Assembly (NCBI RefSeq): GCF_033153115.1 | Contig: NW_026889777.1 | Coordinates: 13,082,001 to 13,146,000, forward strand | Origin: Saccostrea echinata | Lineage: Eukaryota | Direction: 5' to 3' | Length of the DNA: 64,000 nt | Shown here: one piece after another, positions 40,801-52,920 of the stretch | Layout: each line of letters opens with the position of its first letter | Numbering within the stretch: position 1 is the first letter of the stretch | The notes under the pieces: generated by a model | Databases searched by the model: none | Seen by the model: the letters and a program-made list of their open reading frames with translations, nothing else | What the model was told of the DNA's origin: nothing | Position numbers and translations under genes: made by a program

Positions 40801-43800
40801 GCCATGGGGGTCCCCACAGGAGGTAGAATGGACCGTCACCTGTACACAAGGTGTCAAAGCTGTCACACTTCACCAATTGAAGGGAAATGCTACAGGTAAC
40901 TACAGAATTGGTGGAAAAGGGACAAGATTTAAATAATATGAATTGATGTTATGGGATTCCATGAAGCTGCATGCATATGATCTTATTTATAAGTGTAACC
41001 ATAAATATGATATGTCATTTGTTCTATCAGAGGTTTTGAGGTCAACCAGTCAGAAGACTGAAGTAAGTGTTTCAGTTTTCTGTGTATGACTTTTGAATTC
41101 TTTGAATACTATAAATTATTTATTTGACAGGTGCACAGCATGTACAGATTTCCACTTGTGTCAGACATGTTTCAACACTTCAATTCACACAAGCCACCCA
41201 TTTGAATACAGACATGTAAGTACCAATTCAATAGAATTCAGAAAATATGTCAAATTCAGTTCTCAAATTCAATTCTCAAATAAAAATTAGAAATATTATT
41301 TTCAACTTTATAACTTTCCAAGATTTATGTAATTTTGTAGAAAATATGCAGAGAAATGCTTCAAAATTTAAAGAATTCTCTAAACATGCTAAACCATCCG
41401 TTATTTTTTTTGTTGCCTCTGTTTTGCAGAAGAGGAACCAGAGATGGAGGCCTGCCCAGAGAACATATGGTGCAGTTCTGCCAGAGGCTGTGGCTAATGA
41501 CCTGCTGAACAGAGAATTCACTGAGGGAGACTATGAACTACTGACTCAGCTGGACAGGTAATTACATGTAAAGTTTTGATGAACAACATAAAATTCTTCC
41601 TTACTCTAAGTTATGTATTTCGTAAAAAGCAATTTGAAGAAAGGGCTCTGTTGGTCACTATTTGGTCACTATTTCATTTGGGGGGGGGGGGGGGGGGGGA
41701 ATTAAGTATTTCAAAACTGAAAACATAAAAAGGAAAACCTTACATTAACAGCTAAGAGCATGGATTTTAAGAAACTGGATGCCAATGAAGCATTGAGAAC
41801 ATTTTATTTACTAGTTGATATCACAATAGGGTAAAATGAGGATAATTATTGCATGTTAGTCAAGAGTGAGGGTTAAATGGAGATTTATTCAACCCAGCAA
41901 AGTCATACAGGTTTTTCCTCCAAGACACTGCAAAAATATCAAATTTTGAAGGTGAATATATCCTAATATGCCCTTCATATCAGTAAAAATAAAACAGTCT
42001 CGTAACTTTGAGTTTATCTCTGACAATTTTGAATAAAAATTTCAAAAAGTGGGGGGGGGGGGGGATTAAAAGAAACATTTGCAAGGTTATCTGATAAGGT
42101 AATCTGGCTTATATTTTCAGTAATGCCAACCAGCAGCCCAGTGACATACCAGAGGCTGTAATCAACAAGTTTCCTCTTGAGAAAGTCAGAGAAAGGGGAC
42201 CGTTACTGGCTCCGGGAATGCAGTGCCGAATTTGTCTCCGGGGTTATGAGGTCAATCAATATGTCAGAAAGCTACCCAGATGCAAACACAAGGTAACAAC
42301 AAGTTCTTCAACTTCAGGTACATGTACTGAAATAAAAATGCATGGCCACTGTGTAAAAGCATCTCTCAAGAAGACTTTTGAATAACAGTTTTGCCAGAGG
42401 CATGTATGCAAGACTTCAGGGACTAATGCATGAAAATGAAATTTAGATAAAGTAACATTTAATACAAAAGATAAGAGAATTAAAAAAATTATCACAACTA
42501 TACATGTATAGCACTATTGGCCCTTGACATGAAAGTGCATTCAAGGTTCAATAATTTCATGATCGTAACATTGTCACATTAGATTTATCATAATTTGCAT
42601 ATTGTTACTTGAGAAATCACCCCTTTACTGGTGAACAACTATAGTTTTTTACACTGGGAATTAGATGGACTTTTGTTTCAATGTTGAGGAATCTTGAAAC
42701 ATGGTAAAAAACATAAGAAGTCTTGAGAGTTTAGATGGTGGATTGAGGATAATGCATACCATTAAATTCAAAAGAAATTTAACATATTAAGAGTACTTTT
42801 TTTTTATGTACAGATGTTTAATACAAAGAAATGTTTATAATATTTGCTTTACAATATTGTGTACATGAATTTTTTTAATCCTCTTTGTGCATTACTGCAG
42901 GAAAGGCCACAAGAATATATGACATTTTTATTAATAATTTATTAAAACGTGTCCAATTTTTTTTTTCTGACTCTTTGTTTGGTTAAATGAGCTTTACTTT
43001 CTTTTTCCCCAGTTTCACAAGGAATGTATAGACAGCTGGTTACTTCACTCGCATCCTACATGTCCAGTCGATGGTCAAGTGGTCTGGGACCCAGTCACTG
43101 CTCAGCTGGAGGCAGAGGAACAGGCCGAAAGAAATAGTCAAAGGTATCATTGACAACACACTGTATATTTATACCCCCCCCCTTAAAAACAAAATAATAA
43201 ATACCTTAATCTGATATAACAGGTCTTCTGCTGTTTCAAAGAAAACTAATTCCTCTGGTATACAAGGTAATGATGTGAGTGAACTCAGTATACCAGGGGT
43301 AGGGCTAGTGAGAGTGGACAATACACCTGTAGAGAAGTCCAGTAGTTTGCGAGGGAGGAAGATGGCACAGCAAGGTCGTTTACAGGGGAGGCCGACAGAA
43401 GATACAGCTGTTGATCCACTGAGAGCTAGCTTTACTCTGAATGGACTGTCTGTTGGTGCTAATGGGTAAGTATATCTTGATTATTTTATCAGAATAAGAT
43501 AGAATTTCAGTAGTTCATTGCTAATTCAGTGAGAAAATATCATGAAAGCCATGCTAAAGTTTTTATTGTTCTCTGGTTTGAATACAGTTTTGTAGTGAAT
43601 GTGTCAAATGTAAGTGTATGTATGTTGTAATTTAATCAATGAATAGGATTTACAAAGCTGTTAAGTTTCATTGTAAGAAAGTTGGACTTCATAGAGATAT
43701 GTTATATTTCTCTTTTCAGAGGTGATGGAACAGAAAATATGTCTACAACTACTTCTTTACCAGGTGGTCGTCTGCTGGGCCGCTTACAGCACAGAAAATC

Positions 43801-46341
43801 CTCCCTCAATCAGCGTCTGCAGGAAATCAGCGGCCAAACAGAGGAACAAAAACGCACAGAGGAGGCAGATTATCAATCCCAGTCCTCAGAGCACTTTGCA
43901 GGTCAGAATCTTCACAGACAAAATTCTCGTCGCAGACGAAATCTTTCAGATGAGCTATCTCACAATGAAGACTCACATGAGATTCAATCAGCTGTGATAG
44001 AATTACCTCTGGGTCATAAATATGACCGCGCGACTACCCATAATGCTATCAAAAACACTTTATCAATGTTACAAGCAGAAAATCTTACTAATTCAGTGTC
44101 TAAAACTCCAGACTCGAGTCGATCATCTCGCTCCCCTAGTGTGAGATCTTTACTACATAGTAGACCATCTGAACTACATTCTCCTAATAAGGAATTACCT
44201 CCACTATTTGAATCGGATGAGACTAATCCTAACGCTGACACTGATACAATGTCTACTGTAACAAGTCTCGGGGCGAGTAGTTATCGCAGTGGAAAACATC
44301 GTATTTTCCAGCGTGTTCCTAAAGAAAACACGCCAGCTGTTGTTAATGATTTTGATGTCTTGTTAACGTCTCTGCGTTCATCTCCAGATTCCAGAGCAAG
44401 TCTCGCAGGATCACACACTAGTCTCAGCAGTATTCGCTCAACTCGACTCGCAAATGGAATTATTCTTGCTGAGGCACAGGATGAGGGTGCTGAGGGTAGA
44501 TTATCTCGGGGTCACTCTGGTGGCCCCAGGACTGGTCTGCCTCCCAGGGCCCCACGACTGTCAGGTATTTCAAAGGGAGCTAACTCTGCATGCATTTCTT
44601 CTTTTAGGAAGTGTTTGTCTCAAGTCACAATAATTACTAACAGTGTGTTTGAAAAAATTTTTAGAAATGTTCAGAATCACTCGTTTAGCCAAAGTTGGAA
44701 ACAATGGACTTGAGACAAACAAAAACACCTAGGTTTATGTTTTAACCTTTCATTTTGTAGCTAATAGCCTGTATATTGCTGAATATCTACAATGTGATTC
44801 AGTAGTTATGTGTTGTAGATCCTTCATGCATGAATCCAAATCTTAATTAACTGTCATTTCTTTGCCTCTTCATCTTTCTTTCTTTATTGTCTGTTGATTT
44901 TCTCAATAGAACGGAACAGGGCACATTAATGATTTTATATTTGATTTTTAATCGAAAGAGTGGAAATATTTCACTAAGTACTGTACACAAAACTAATATG
45001 CTAAATGAGTCAATTTTTACATATACATTTTATAAATAAAAATGCAAAGAAATATTTGCTTTAGCTTTGAGTGTATAGATATATTTCTCTTTTTAACAGA
45101 TGCTTTAGCTTTTTAGATAAGTTAACTCAACTTTCAAAAGATTTATCTTGCATTGTTGTACATTTTATTATAATTATGTTGTAATATTCATGCATTTTTA
45201 GTTTTTAAGACTTGATATTCTATCATGTCATTAATGTGACATGGCTTAAACATGATTGTAATATCAGTAAAACAAAATTATGGGAGTTTGTTCATTAAAA
45301 CTGATAGCAGATATATGAACATTGGTGTAAATCATAGTAATTGCTGAACTTATTGGTTGATAAAAGCATTAGACACTCTGTCTGACATATTGCTTACTGA
45401 CTAAAGCTAAAATCATTTGTTAACGCTATATTTATTTAGAACATGAGCGACAGTTGAGGAGAGGATCAAATAGCCAGGAAGGTGACCAAGCGGGGAGCGA
45501 GAACCAACAAGGGGACCCATTAATGGAGAGATTACAGGCAAATATGACATAATTACTCATTTTTCAAAAAATGTCTTCAAAGTGTTATTGATTTCAAACT
45601 TTTGAAAGTTATGTAATGAGAATATCATTACACATTGAGGCTTTAAATATCTGTTAAGGAGTTGACAAACCATGAACCCTACTCTTTATAATAACAAGAT
45701 TTTATAGTGTGACAGTCTTCATTCCACCTTGATGTTTCAAGGCAATTGTTATATAGTAACGAATTTACATGTATTATAAGTACATGTAGTGTTCAACACA
45801 GATGAGTTTGATATAACAGTCAATTCAACTATATACTATTGAGAAGTACATATTTGAAGTCATACTCGTGCTAAATTTAAAAAACCTCCTTAGTATAGTT
45901 ATCAATGTATGAGTTGAATTATGGAAAGAAACAAACTGAAGGGGATTTAATCATGTTAAAATTGCTGATTTATTAATTGAGTTGATTTATGGAAAGAAAA
46001 CATTAACATAAGGAGATTTAATCAGGTTAAAATTGCTGATTTAATAATGAAATTTTGCATATTGTCACACATATTAAATTTTTGAAGCATGTTAGGACCA
46101 TGTAATTTTGATTATCTCCCTTCTACAGCTCTTCACGGACTTATATCTTGGCAATGGTTCAAGTGCTTCTCCAGACCACCAAGGGAGACCACCAAGACTT
46201 GTACGTCGTCAAATTAGTAATCCCACAGCTGTACGTCAGAGAAAACGAGAAAATGAAATCCGTAGGAGGAGGACAAATGAGTTTGGATTGGAGGGTACGA
46301 ACCCGTACAGCAATTTGACACTGCGAGACATTATACATTAG
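37866..46341 (+). CDS. ZSWIM2: E3 ubiquitin-protein ligase ZSWIM2 (SWIM, RING, ZZ, RING, long Ser/Arg-rich tail), ~882 aa
   Basis: Exons 37866-38015, 39766-39883, 40272-40497, 40656-40895, 41131-41215, 41430-41557, 42121-42292, 43013-43143, 43223-43465, 43720-44564, 45440-45537, 46129-46341. Domains: SWIM (CTC...CKH), RING (CPICQ...CPFC), ZZ (CQSC...CTAC...LCQTC), RING-H2 (CRICL...CKHKFHKECID...CPVD). The last two exons are less certain. Confidence 0.92.
38242..39135. mobile_element. Non-autonomous DNA transposon (15-bp TIR, possible 2-bp TSD) in ZSWIM2 intron 1
   Basis: cagagctccagataa / ttatctggagctctg, flanked by ag on both sides. Confidence 0.75.
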
Positions 46342-48955
46342 TTATAATTTATCTGATATAAAAGAAACTGTGATATGGATAATTAACTATGCAGGTGAAA
46401 TTGACAAGTATTGTTTTCAAATCAGAAAATTTAAAGATTTAATTTTCCTATCTAATAGGAATTATTATTGTATGTTTTATAGAGTTGTTATTATGGCATG
46501 CCCTGCTATGGAAAGTGTATTACAATTTTGATTATGTGTTGACAGATCTTGCTTTATATAAATTCAGACTTTCTTTGCTGTGATCCTTGATTAAAGTTAT
46601 GCTTAGCAGGTTGGGAGTGAAGGAATTGAAATTCCATGTCAGAATTTGTTTCGTATTCCAGAATCAGTATTCGAGAGAAGTTGCAATATAACGTGTAGCT
46701 TTTAGTGATGTCATGATATAATGTTATATGATGTTATGTGTAATTGTATTTTTGATTTATGAAAATGTTATCTAAAAACTGTGATACACATTTAAGAGTG
46801 TTTTTTTTTATATATATATACATAATGTACTGTGAAGATTCCATCCAACAGGAAATTTTATATTTTAATATCCATTGTGTGTTTTGCCTTTCACCAAGAG
46901 AGAGAGAAAGAAAGAATAAAATCACTATATTTAGGTTGCAAAAATACATACAAGTATATAATATGTTCTGCTGAAAAAGAGTTGGAATGCTTTCATTTGT
47001 GTAAATGTAAAAATCATAATCGTAATTCACATAACTATTTTGTATTAATTGCACCAGAACACTGATGTTTACATCTCATTCACAGTATTTGGTGAACGTT
47101 TTTCAGTATTACTTAAACATGAAATAGTCTAGTCAATCTAGCCAAAAAAATTGAGCTCAACCTCCAACTTCTTACAACAAAAATTATTACTTTTACGATT
47201 ATTAAGTTCAAGTATATTTGAAATATTTGTAGTAAAAAGTCTAGGAAAAAATCTAATGAGGGGAAAACATAATTTTGGCTTGTTGTAAATCTATCCATAT
47301 ATTAGAAGAGAAATGCTCATTTTGCAAAATAGTGTGATATGGTTTAAAGTGTTTGATATTACGATAGATCATTTGTTCAATAGATAATATCAATATTTAA
47401 TGAATGTTTTTAATACAGTTATATACTTTTTGGGTCATCATTTTTTTTTTTGAAAAAATAACTTTAAAAACAATGGTCGGTGAATGCAGTTGTTTTAGGG
47501 AGGGGGGGGGGGCACTATGTTTCCTGCATTCTGATGATTAGCCTCAGCCAAATATTTTATCATGAAGGGGAAAATGCAACAAAGACTCGAAAATGTTGAA
47601 AATGTCGAAAATGCTGAAGTATCTGTAATAATCTTTTTTGCCGGGTATAAAAATACCATTCTGTGGAGTATAATTCACTTCCTCTATCTCCATGATGGAA
47701 TAGTGCTCTAAGACACGAACTAAAATTCACTGTATGGGCAACAGCTATGCCCCCTTTTCATATTTATGTACCCAAAATAATGCTTTCCACTCTTCAAATT
47801 TTATTAGATTTTTTTCCACATATACCCGGTATTTTATGGTTACTTTCATTATTTATTTATTTTAACATTTTCTGTTACAATTAGTTTGATATTAATTGAT
47901 AAATTGACTTAACTAAAGTAAGTGTTTCACATTCATAATCAGTTTGAAGGAATTCTCCAGTTTGAGTTGGAAGTGATGTTTAATTAAACCTTTATCTTGA
48001 TCATGATCACAAAAATTTTACAAGAAAATAATGCATTCGTTTGAAGATGTTTTATATTTATTATCTGTTTGAATGGCCTGGACTATGTTTTATGTTTTTG
48101 TTGAGAAATAAAAATTTATAAACCATATTCTAACCAAATTCTTTTTGAATCCTTTAGTAACCTGACAATCATCAGATTTGGAAAAATGCCATTGTTGCTA
48201 AAAATGTCATCCTGGATAAATAAAGGCTTTATTTTAGTATAATTGGAAACAGGCCGGTACTTTATGTTTCTGACGACGTTTTTCTTTTTTTCTTTTCTTT
48301 TTTTTTTTTTTAATTTTTAACTTTTTAAGAAATGCTTGCTTTGTAGCACCCCATACAGAAAAAAAAATTGGTTGCCCCCCTCCCCTCGAACTGAAAATGC
48401 TTCCTAATGGCCTGTATTTCATGGAAAAATAAGAGAGATATTTATAGTATCATTAAAATTATTCTTACGGGCATGTATTTCATGGAAAAATAAGAGAAAT
48501 ATTTATAGTGCCATTAAAATTAAGGCAAGGTTATAAGCTTGCACATGCGCTGAATTCTGAATTGCTAATACTTTAAGGACTGTGTATAATGTAGAGATAT
48601 ATTACCTATATTCAAAATGAAGCCCCAGACATCTCAGTATAAGTATTACGTTATGTATGCATTATATATGTAGGTAAATTAGTCCTAGAGATTGGACATA
48701 TATGAGAGGCAATGAGATTATAAATTTAAAATATTCCAGGTTCCAAATCCAATTTTATATTTACAAGACATTTTCATCGATTATTGACTAATTAATCCTA
48801 AAGGGGGTAAAGCTCCTATTTTAAAAATTTCCGTAAGTACAATTTTTACTTTTTAAAGCAAAAGACGGTTCTTTTCTGATAAAACCGGTATTAAAGCACA
48901 AATATTAACGTAAAGTCTTTAATTATTATACTGTATTAATGTAATATAGACGTTT

Positions 48956-49493
48956 TTATTACATTTTCAACAGTGAAATACTGTAATTTATATATTGAAT
49001 AAAAATGGTATTCTGTCACAATGGGAAAGGATATCAAAATGATATCCTGTCACAGTGTGAAAGAATATCAAAAACTCGGCATTTACACTCTCGATTTTAA
49101 TTCCCTTCACAAAGAGTGTTGTAAAAAATACTCGCTGACCTTATAAGATAGAGAGAGAGAGAGTAAATAAAACATCCTAACAGAGACTAAAACTGCCAGT
49201 TTCTCTAGATATGCTGTTGAAGTCCATGTTTACGTTTTCAATCTCAATATTTTATGACGTCACGGCCTGTGATACGGCGTTACAAAGGGAAAAACAAAGA
49301 AAATGTGATTAACAGAAAATTCAATCTTTTGTGATTGATTATGGAATTTATTTCACTCGTGAGACATGTTTTTTTTAAAATATATATATTTTTTTCACTC
49401 GTGCTTCGCACCTGAGAAAATATAAAAAAAAAATCATGCCCCATGCGTGAAATAAATTCCATATGTAACTACAAAACATTAAATAACATCTAT
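48956..49493 (-). mobile_element. Hairpin-terminated non-autonomous element (same family as 51295-51813)
   Basis: Reverse-complement homology to 51295-51813, with gcttcgc at ~49403. Absent at the paralogous site (~61590). Confidence 0.8.
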
Positions 49494-49623
49494 TTATTCA
49501 TCTACATAATATAGCTCAGTAATATGTATAAAAAATTGTCTCGTTTAATATTAATAATTTATTTTATTTATAGAAACATGACAATGACAATGTCGGCGTA
49601 AACACTTTCATCCATTTAAGTTT

Positions 49624-50292
49624 TCAATAATATTCCTGAAAAATAAAAAAGAAAGATGAACCATTACATGCAGAAACCATCAAATTAGTGATATTCTGGA
49701 GGAAAAATAAAAAATGCAAATTTGCCACCATATGAACAGTTATCATTCTCCTTATTACCTTGTATCCTACACCAGATAAGATTCCTCCTTTACCACCGTA
49801 GTTACCGCCCATCCATCCTTTTCCTCCAACCATCACTCCTCCATATCCATAATTATCCAAGCTACTGCCCATTAATCCTTTTCCTCCAAGGATGATTCCT
49901 CCGAGTCCTTTACCACCGTATTTACTGCCCATCAATCCTTTTCCTCCAACCATCACTCCTCCATATCCATAATTATCCCAGCTACTGCCCATTAATCCTT
50001 TTCCTCCAAGGATGATTCCTCCGAGTCCTTTACCACCGTAGTTACCGCCCATCAATTCTTTTCCTCCAACCATCACTCCTCCATATCCATAATTATCCCA
50101 GCTACTGCCCATTAATCCTTTTCCTCCAAGGATGACTCCTCCGAGTCCTTTACCATGTCCTACAAGTCCTTTGCCACCATAGATGATTCCTCCATATTCT
50201 TGGCCGACATTTAATCCACCGTAGGAGGGATTATAGTAGTCATCACACACGGCTACAGAGAACAGAGCCAGACAACACAGCAGCTTGATCAT
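49624..50292 (-). CDS. Secreted Gly/Tyr/Lys/Met-rich repeat protein (shematrin/prisilkin-like structural protein), copy 1, ~181 aa
   Basis: Coding exons 50292-49759 and 49635-49624. Signal peptide MIKLLCCLALFSVAVC, three 40-aa repeats, C-terminus GYK-EYY. Non-coding exon 1 ends at 52134. Confidence 0.85.
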   Translation of the reverse strand: MIKLLCCLALFSVAVCDDYYNPSYGGLNVGQEYGGIIYGGKGLVGHGKGLGGVILGGKGLMGSSWDNYGYGGVMVGGKELMGGNYGGKGLGGIILGGKGLMGSSWDNYGYGGVMVGGKGLMGSKYGGKGLGGIILGGKGLMGSSLDNYGYGGVMVGGKGWMGGNYGGKGGILSGVGYKVIRRMITVHMVANLHFLFFLQNITNLMVSACNGSSFFFIFQEYY

Positions 50293-50560
50293 CCTTTGAA
50301 AAAATAAGTTTTTTTTTACAGGAAGCATACAAGCCAATATTGCAGGGTATTTAGAGTTAAGTTGGAAAATTCATGTTTTAGAGATACAATCCTCAATCGT
50401 CGGGAAATCATTTTTTTTTTAGAATGAACGTGATATAAGTTTTAAATCTTTTTATGAAGTATATATGATAATTGTTTCAAATTGACAAGAGGTTGAAACA
50501 CATGTGTACATAGGACAATTTCTCAAAATTAGTATCTTCAGCTCAGAAAATTATGCACAG

Positions 50561-50984
50561 ATATTTCCATTTCTATTTGTTTTCTCTGTGATAACTCTTT
50601 GAAAGTTAGGAGAGTTGATTTCTTGATCATTCTACCGAAATGCAAATTTCGCCAAGCAAAAGGTCAGGAGCTAAGAAGGCCTAATACCGGTATGCATGTA
50701 ATTCTCGTGCGGCTGTCTTTGTGTTTGACGTCAGTGGGCGGGGACTATTGAAATTGACATGTGAGGCCTCGTGTAATTTAAATCTATTAGTCTACATTTT
50801 TAAAATCTAAATTTACAATTTTATTTCACAGCGAAATGGAAATATAAGGAATCACTGTCTAGTTAGTAGAATATGCCAGGGACATCAACGATAACTGGAA
50901 ACGTGGGATATCATTTATGCATCCCACGTTTCCATCTATCTTTGATGCCCTGGCATACTCTACTAACTAGACAGTGATTCCTTA
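50561..50984 (-). mobile_element. Hairpin-terminated non-autonomous element
   Basis: Hairpin 50845-50984 and 13-bp IR at 50561-50573 / 50833-50845. Absent from paralogous intron (~62793). Confidence 0.8.
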
Positions 50985-51294
50985 AATAATTCAGATCCCT
51001 TGGATTCTCATTGAGGTTTATTGTGAGAACAAATTGTTGATATTTTCAAATAACTGAGAAGTTACTGATACAGGTAGGAATCATTTAATAAAAATAAAAA
51101 AAAAACTTTCGGAAAAAACTTCAAAACTAAATTATAATTTTGATACTAGTAAAATAAACAATTTTTTCAATGCATTATATAGTATACAAGAACATCTTTT
51201 AAAACAAGTAAAAGAAATTCTTAAAATGCGTGAGAAATCGAGAGAAGCTTGTGATATTTATATAATTTTAATTTCATGTTTATATATATATATA

Positions 51295-51813
51295 CCGTAG
51301 AGAGGATATTCAATGTTTTGTAGTTGGATATGGAATTTATTTCACGAGTGGGACAGGATTTTTGATATTTTCACGAGTGCGAAGCACGAGTGAAAATATC
51401 AAAAATCCTGTTTCACGAGTGAAATAAATTCCATATCCAACTGCAAAACATTGAATTTTCTGTTTATTACATTTTCTTTGATTTTTTCCCTTTGCCCTTC
51501 TCTTTTCTTAACACAGTGTCATATGCTGTGGCGTCATAGTTGTAGCAGTTAAGAAGTCATAGCTTGGCAGTTGAGATTGAAAACATTGTGACATAGATTT
51601 AGCAACATATTTGGGAAGAAATTGGCAGTTTTAATCTCTGTCAAGATGGTTTAGTTTCTATCTCAATCTTGTTACAGGCAAGAAATTATACTTACTTTGA
51701 TATCCTTTCACACTGTGACAGAATATCACTTTGGTATCCTTTCACACTGTGAGAGGATATCACTTTTATTCAATGAATAAATCACAGTATTTCACTGTTG
51801 AAAATGTAATAAA
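51295..51813 (+). mobile_element. Hairpin-terminated non-autonomous element (Crypton-like, tentative)
   Basis: Hairpin 51308-51456 centred on GCGAAGC (51379-51385). 13-bp IR at 51463-51475 / 51801-51813. Absent from paralogous intron (~63103). Confidence 0.82.
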
Positions 51814-52133
51814 CTAGTATATACATTTTATATTCCATGTTAAGCATTATATTCTTTCTGTTCCCTGAATAATATTTTTTTTGTATATAAAATATTGGTT
51901 CCTCAACTAGTGCTGAAATTTTTAACTTGGGCTTCTTCAAGTCGAGTTTCTTAATATTTAAATTGTCAAAAGACTGTAAACATGACAGGGAATCAAAAAC
52001 GGACTAGAAATTTAAAAAAAAAGTCCATGGTTCATTCAATAAAGGCAAGATCTCTTCAGGCTTCAGCTCGACATGTTTTACTATGCAGCATAATAAAGAT
52101 AGAGCAAGTACCGAATTAAAATTGACTTCTTAC

Positions 52134-52201
52134 CTTGTGTGATGTGACGGATCTGAGAGAAGATTCTGTGAGGACAGACTGATAAAGCTCTCCTATTTAT
52201 A
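52134..52201 (-). promoter_or_regulatory. TATA box and short non-coding exon 1 of Gly-rich gene copy 1
   Basis: TATAAATAG on - at 52201-52193 and donor AAG|GTAAG at 52134. Conserved in the paralogue. Confidence 0.7.
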
Positions 52202-52606
52202 CTGCTACTCCAACAAAATTTAAAGGTTAATTCTGTATTTTCAATACCCACACATCCAGGTGATTTATTGAGAAATTCGTTAGTGTTAAGAGGGAACTTA
52301 TCATTTTTTATATTTCAATGATACTTCCGGGTTTTAATTTATAAATGTTGAAATCTTACGATTCTCTTAATATAACCTGTTATATATACCTGTTGTCAAG
52401 CGAAAATTTACAAAATAAGAGGTCATAAAACATGTTAATTTATTGTAAACTCAATTAACACATGCTTTTGTAGCAGGTGCCACTTTTAACAAAAAATGAA
52501 GACGGAGTTGCAGATTCAATGATAACTTTTTTACAATTCGTTTCATTAATTTTAATTCACCAAGGAAACCATAGACTTATTTAAAAAAAAAAATCTTAAG
52601 GTATCC

Positions 52607-52920
52607 GAGGTTTTTGGATTGGAGGGTACCAACCCGTACAGCAACTTGACACTGTGGGACATTATGCATTGGTTATAACTTATCTGATATAAAAGTAATT
52701 GTGATATGGATAATTAACTATGCAGGTGAAATTGACAGGTATTGTTTTCAAATCAGAAAATTTAAAGATTTAATTTTCTTATATCTATTAGGAATTACTA
52801 TCATATGTTTTATAGAGTTGTTGCTTTTATGCCATGACCTGCTATGGAAAGTGTATTACAAATTTGATAATGTGTTGACAGATCTTGCTTTATATATTCA
52901 GACTTTCTTCGCTGTGATCC
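52607..52920 (+). pseudogene. Duplicated fragment of the ZSWIM2 last exon and 3' UTR
   Basis: Copy of 46279-46586. The stop context CATTAG has become CATTGG, and no acceptor was copied. Confidence 0.8.

Noticed and set aside
49636-49758. Hydrophobic C-terminal extensions in the ORF track for both Gly-rich genes
   Set aside because: Intron read-through: GT-AG sites are conserved in both copies while the read-through frames end differently.
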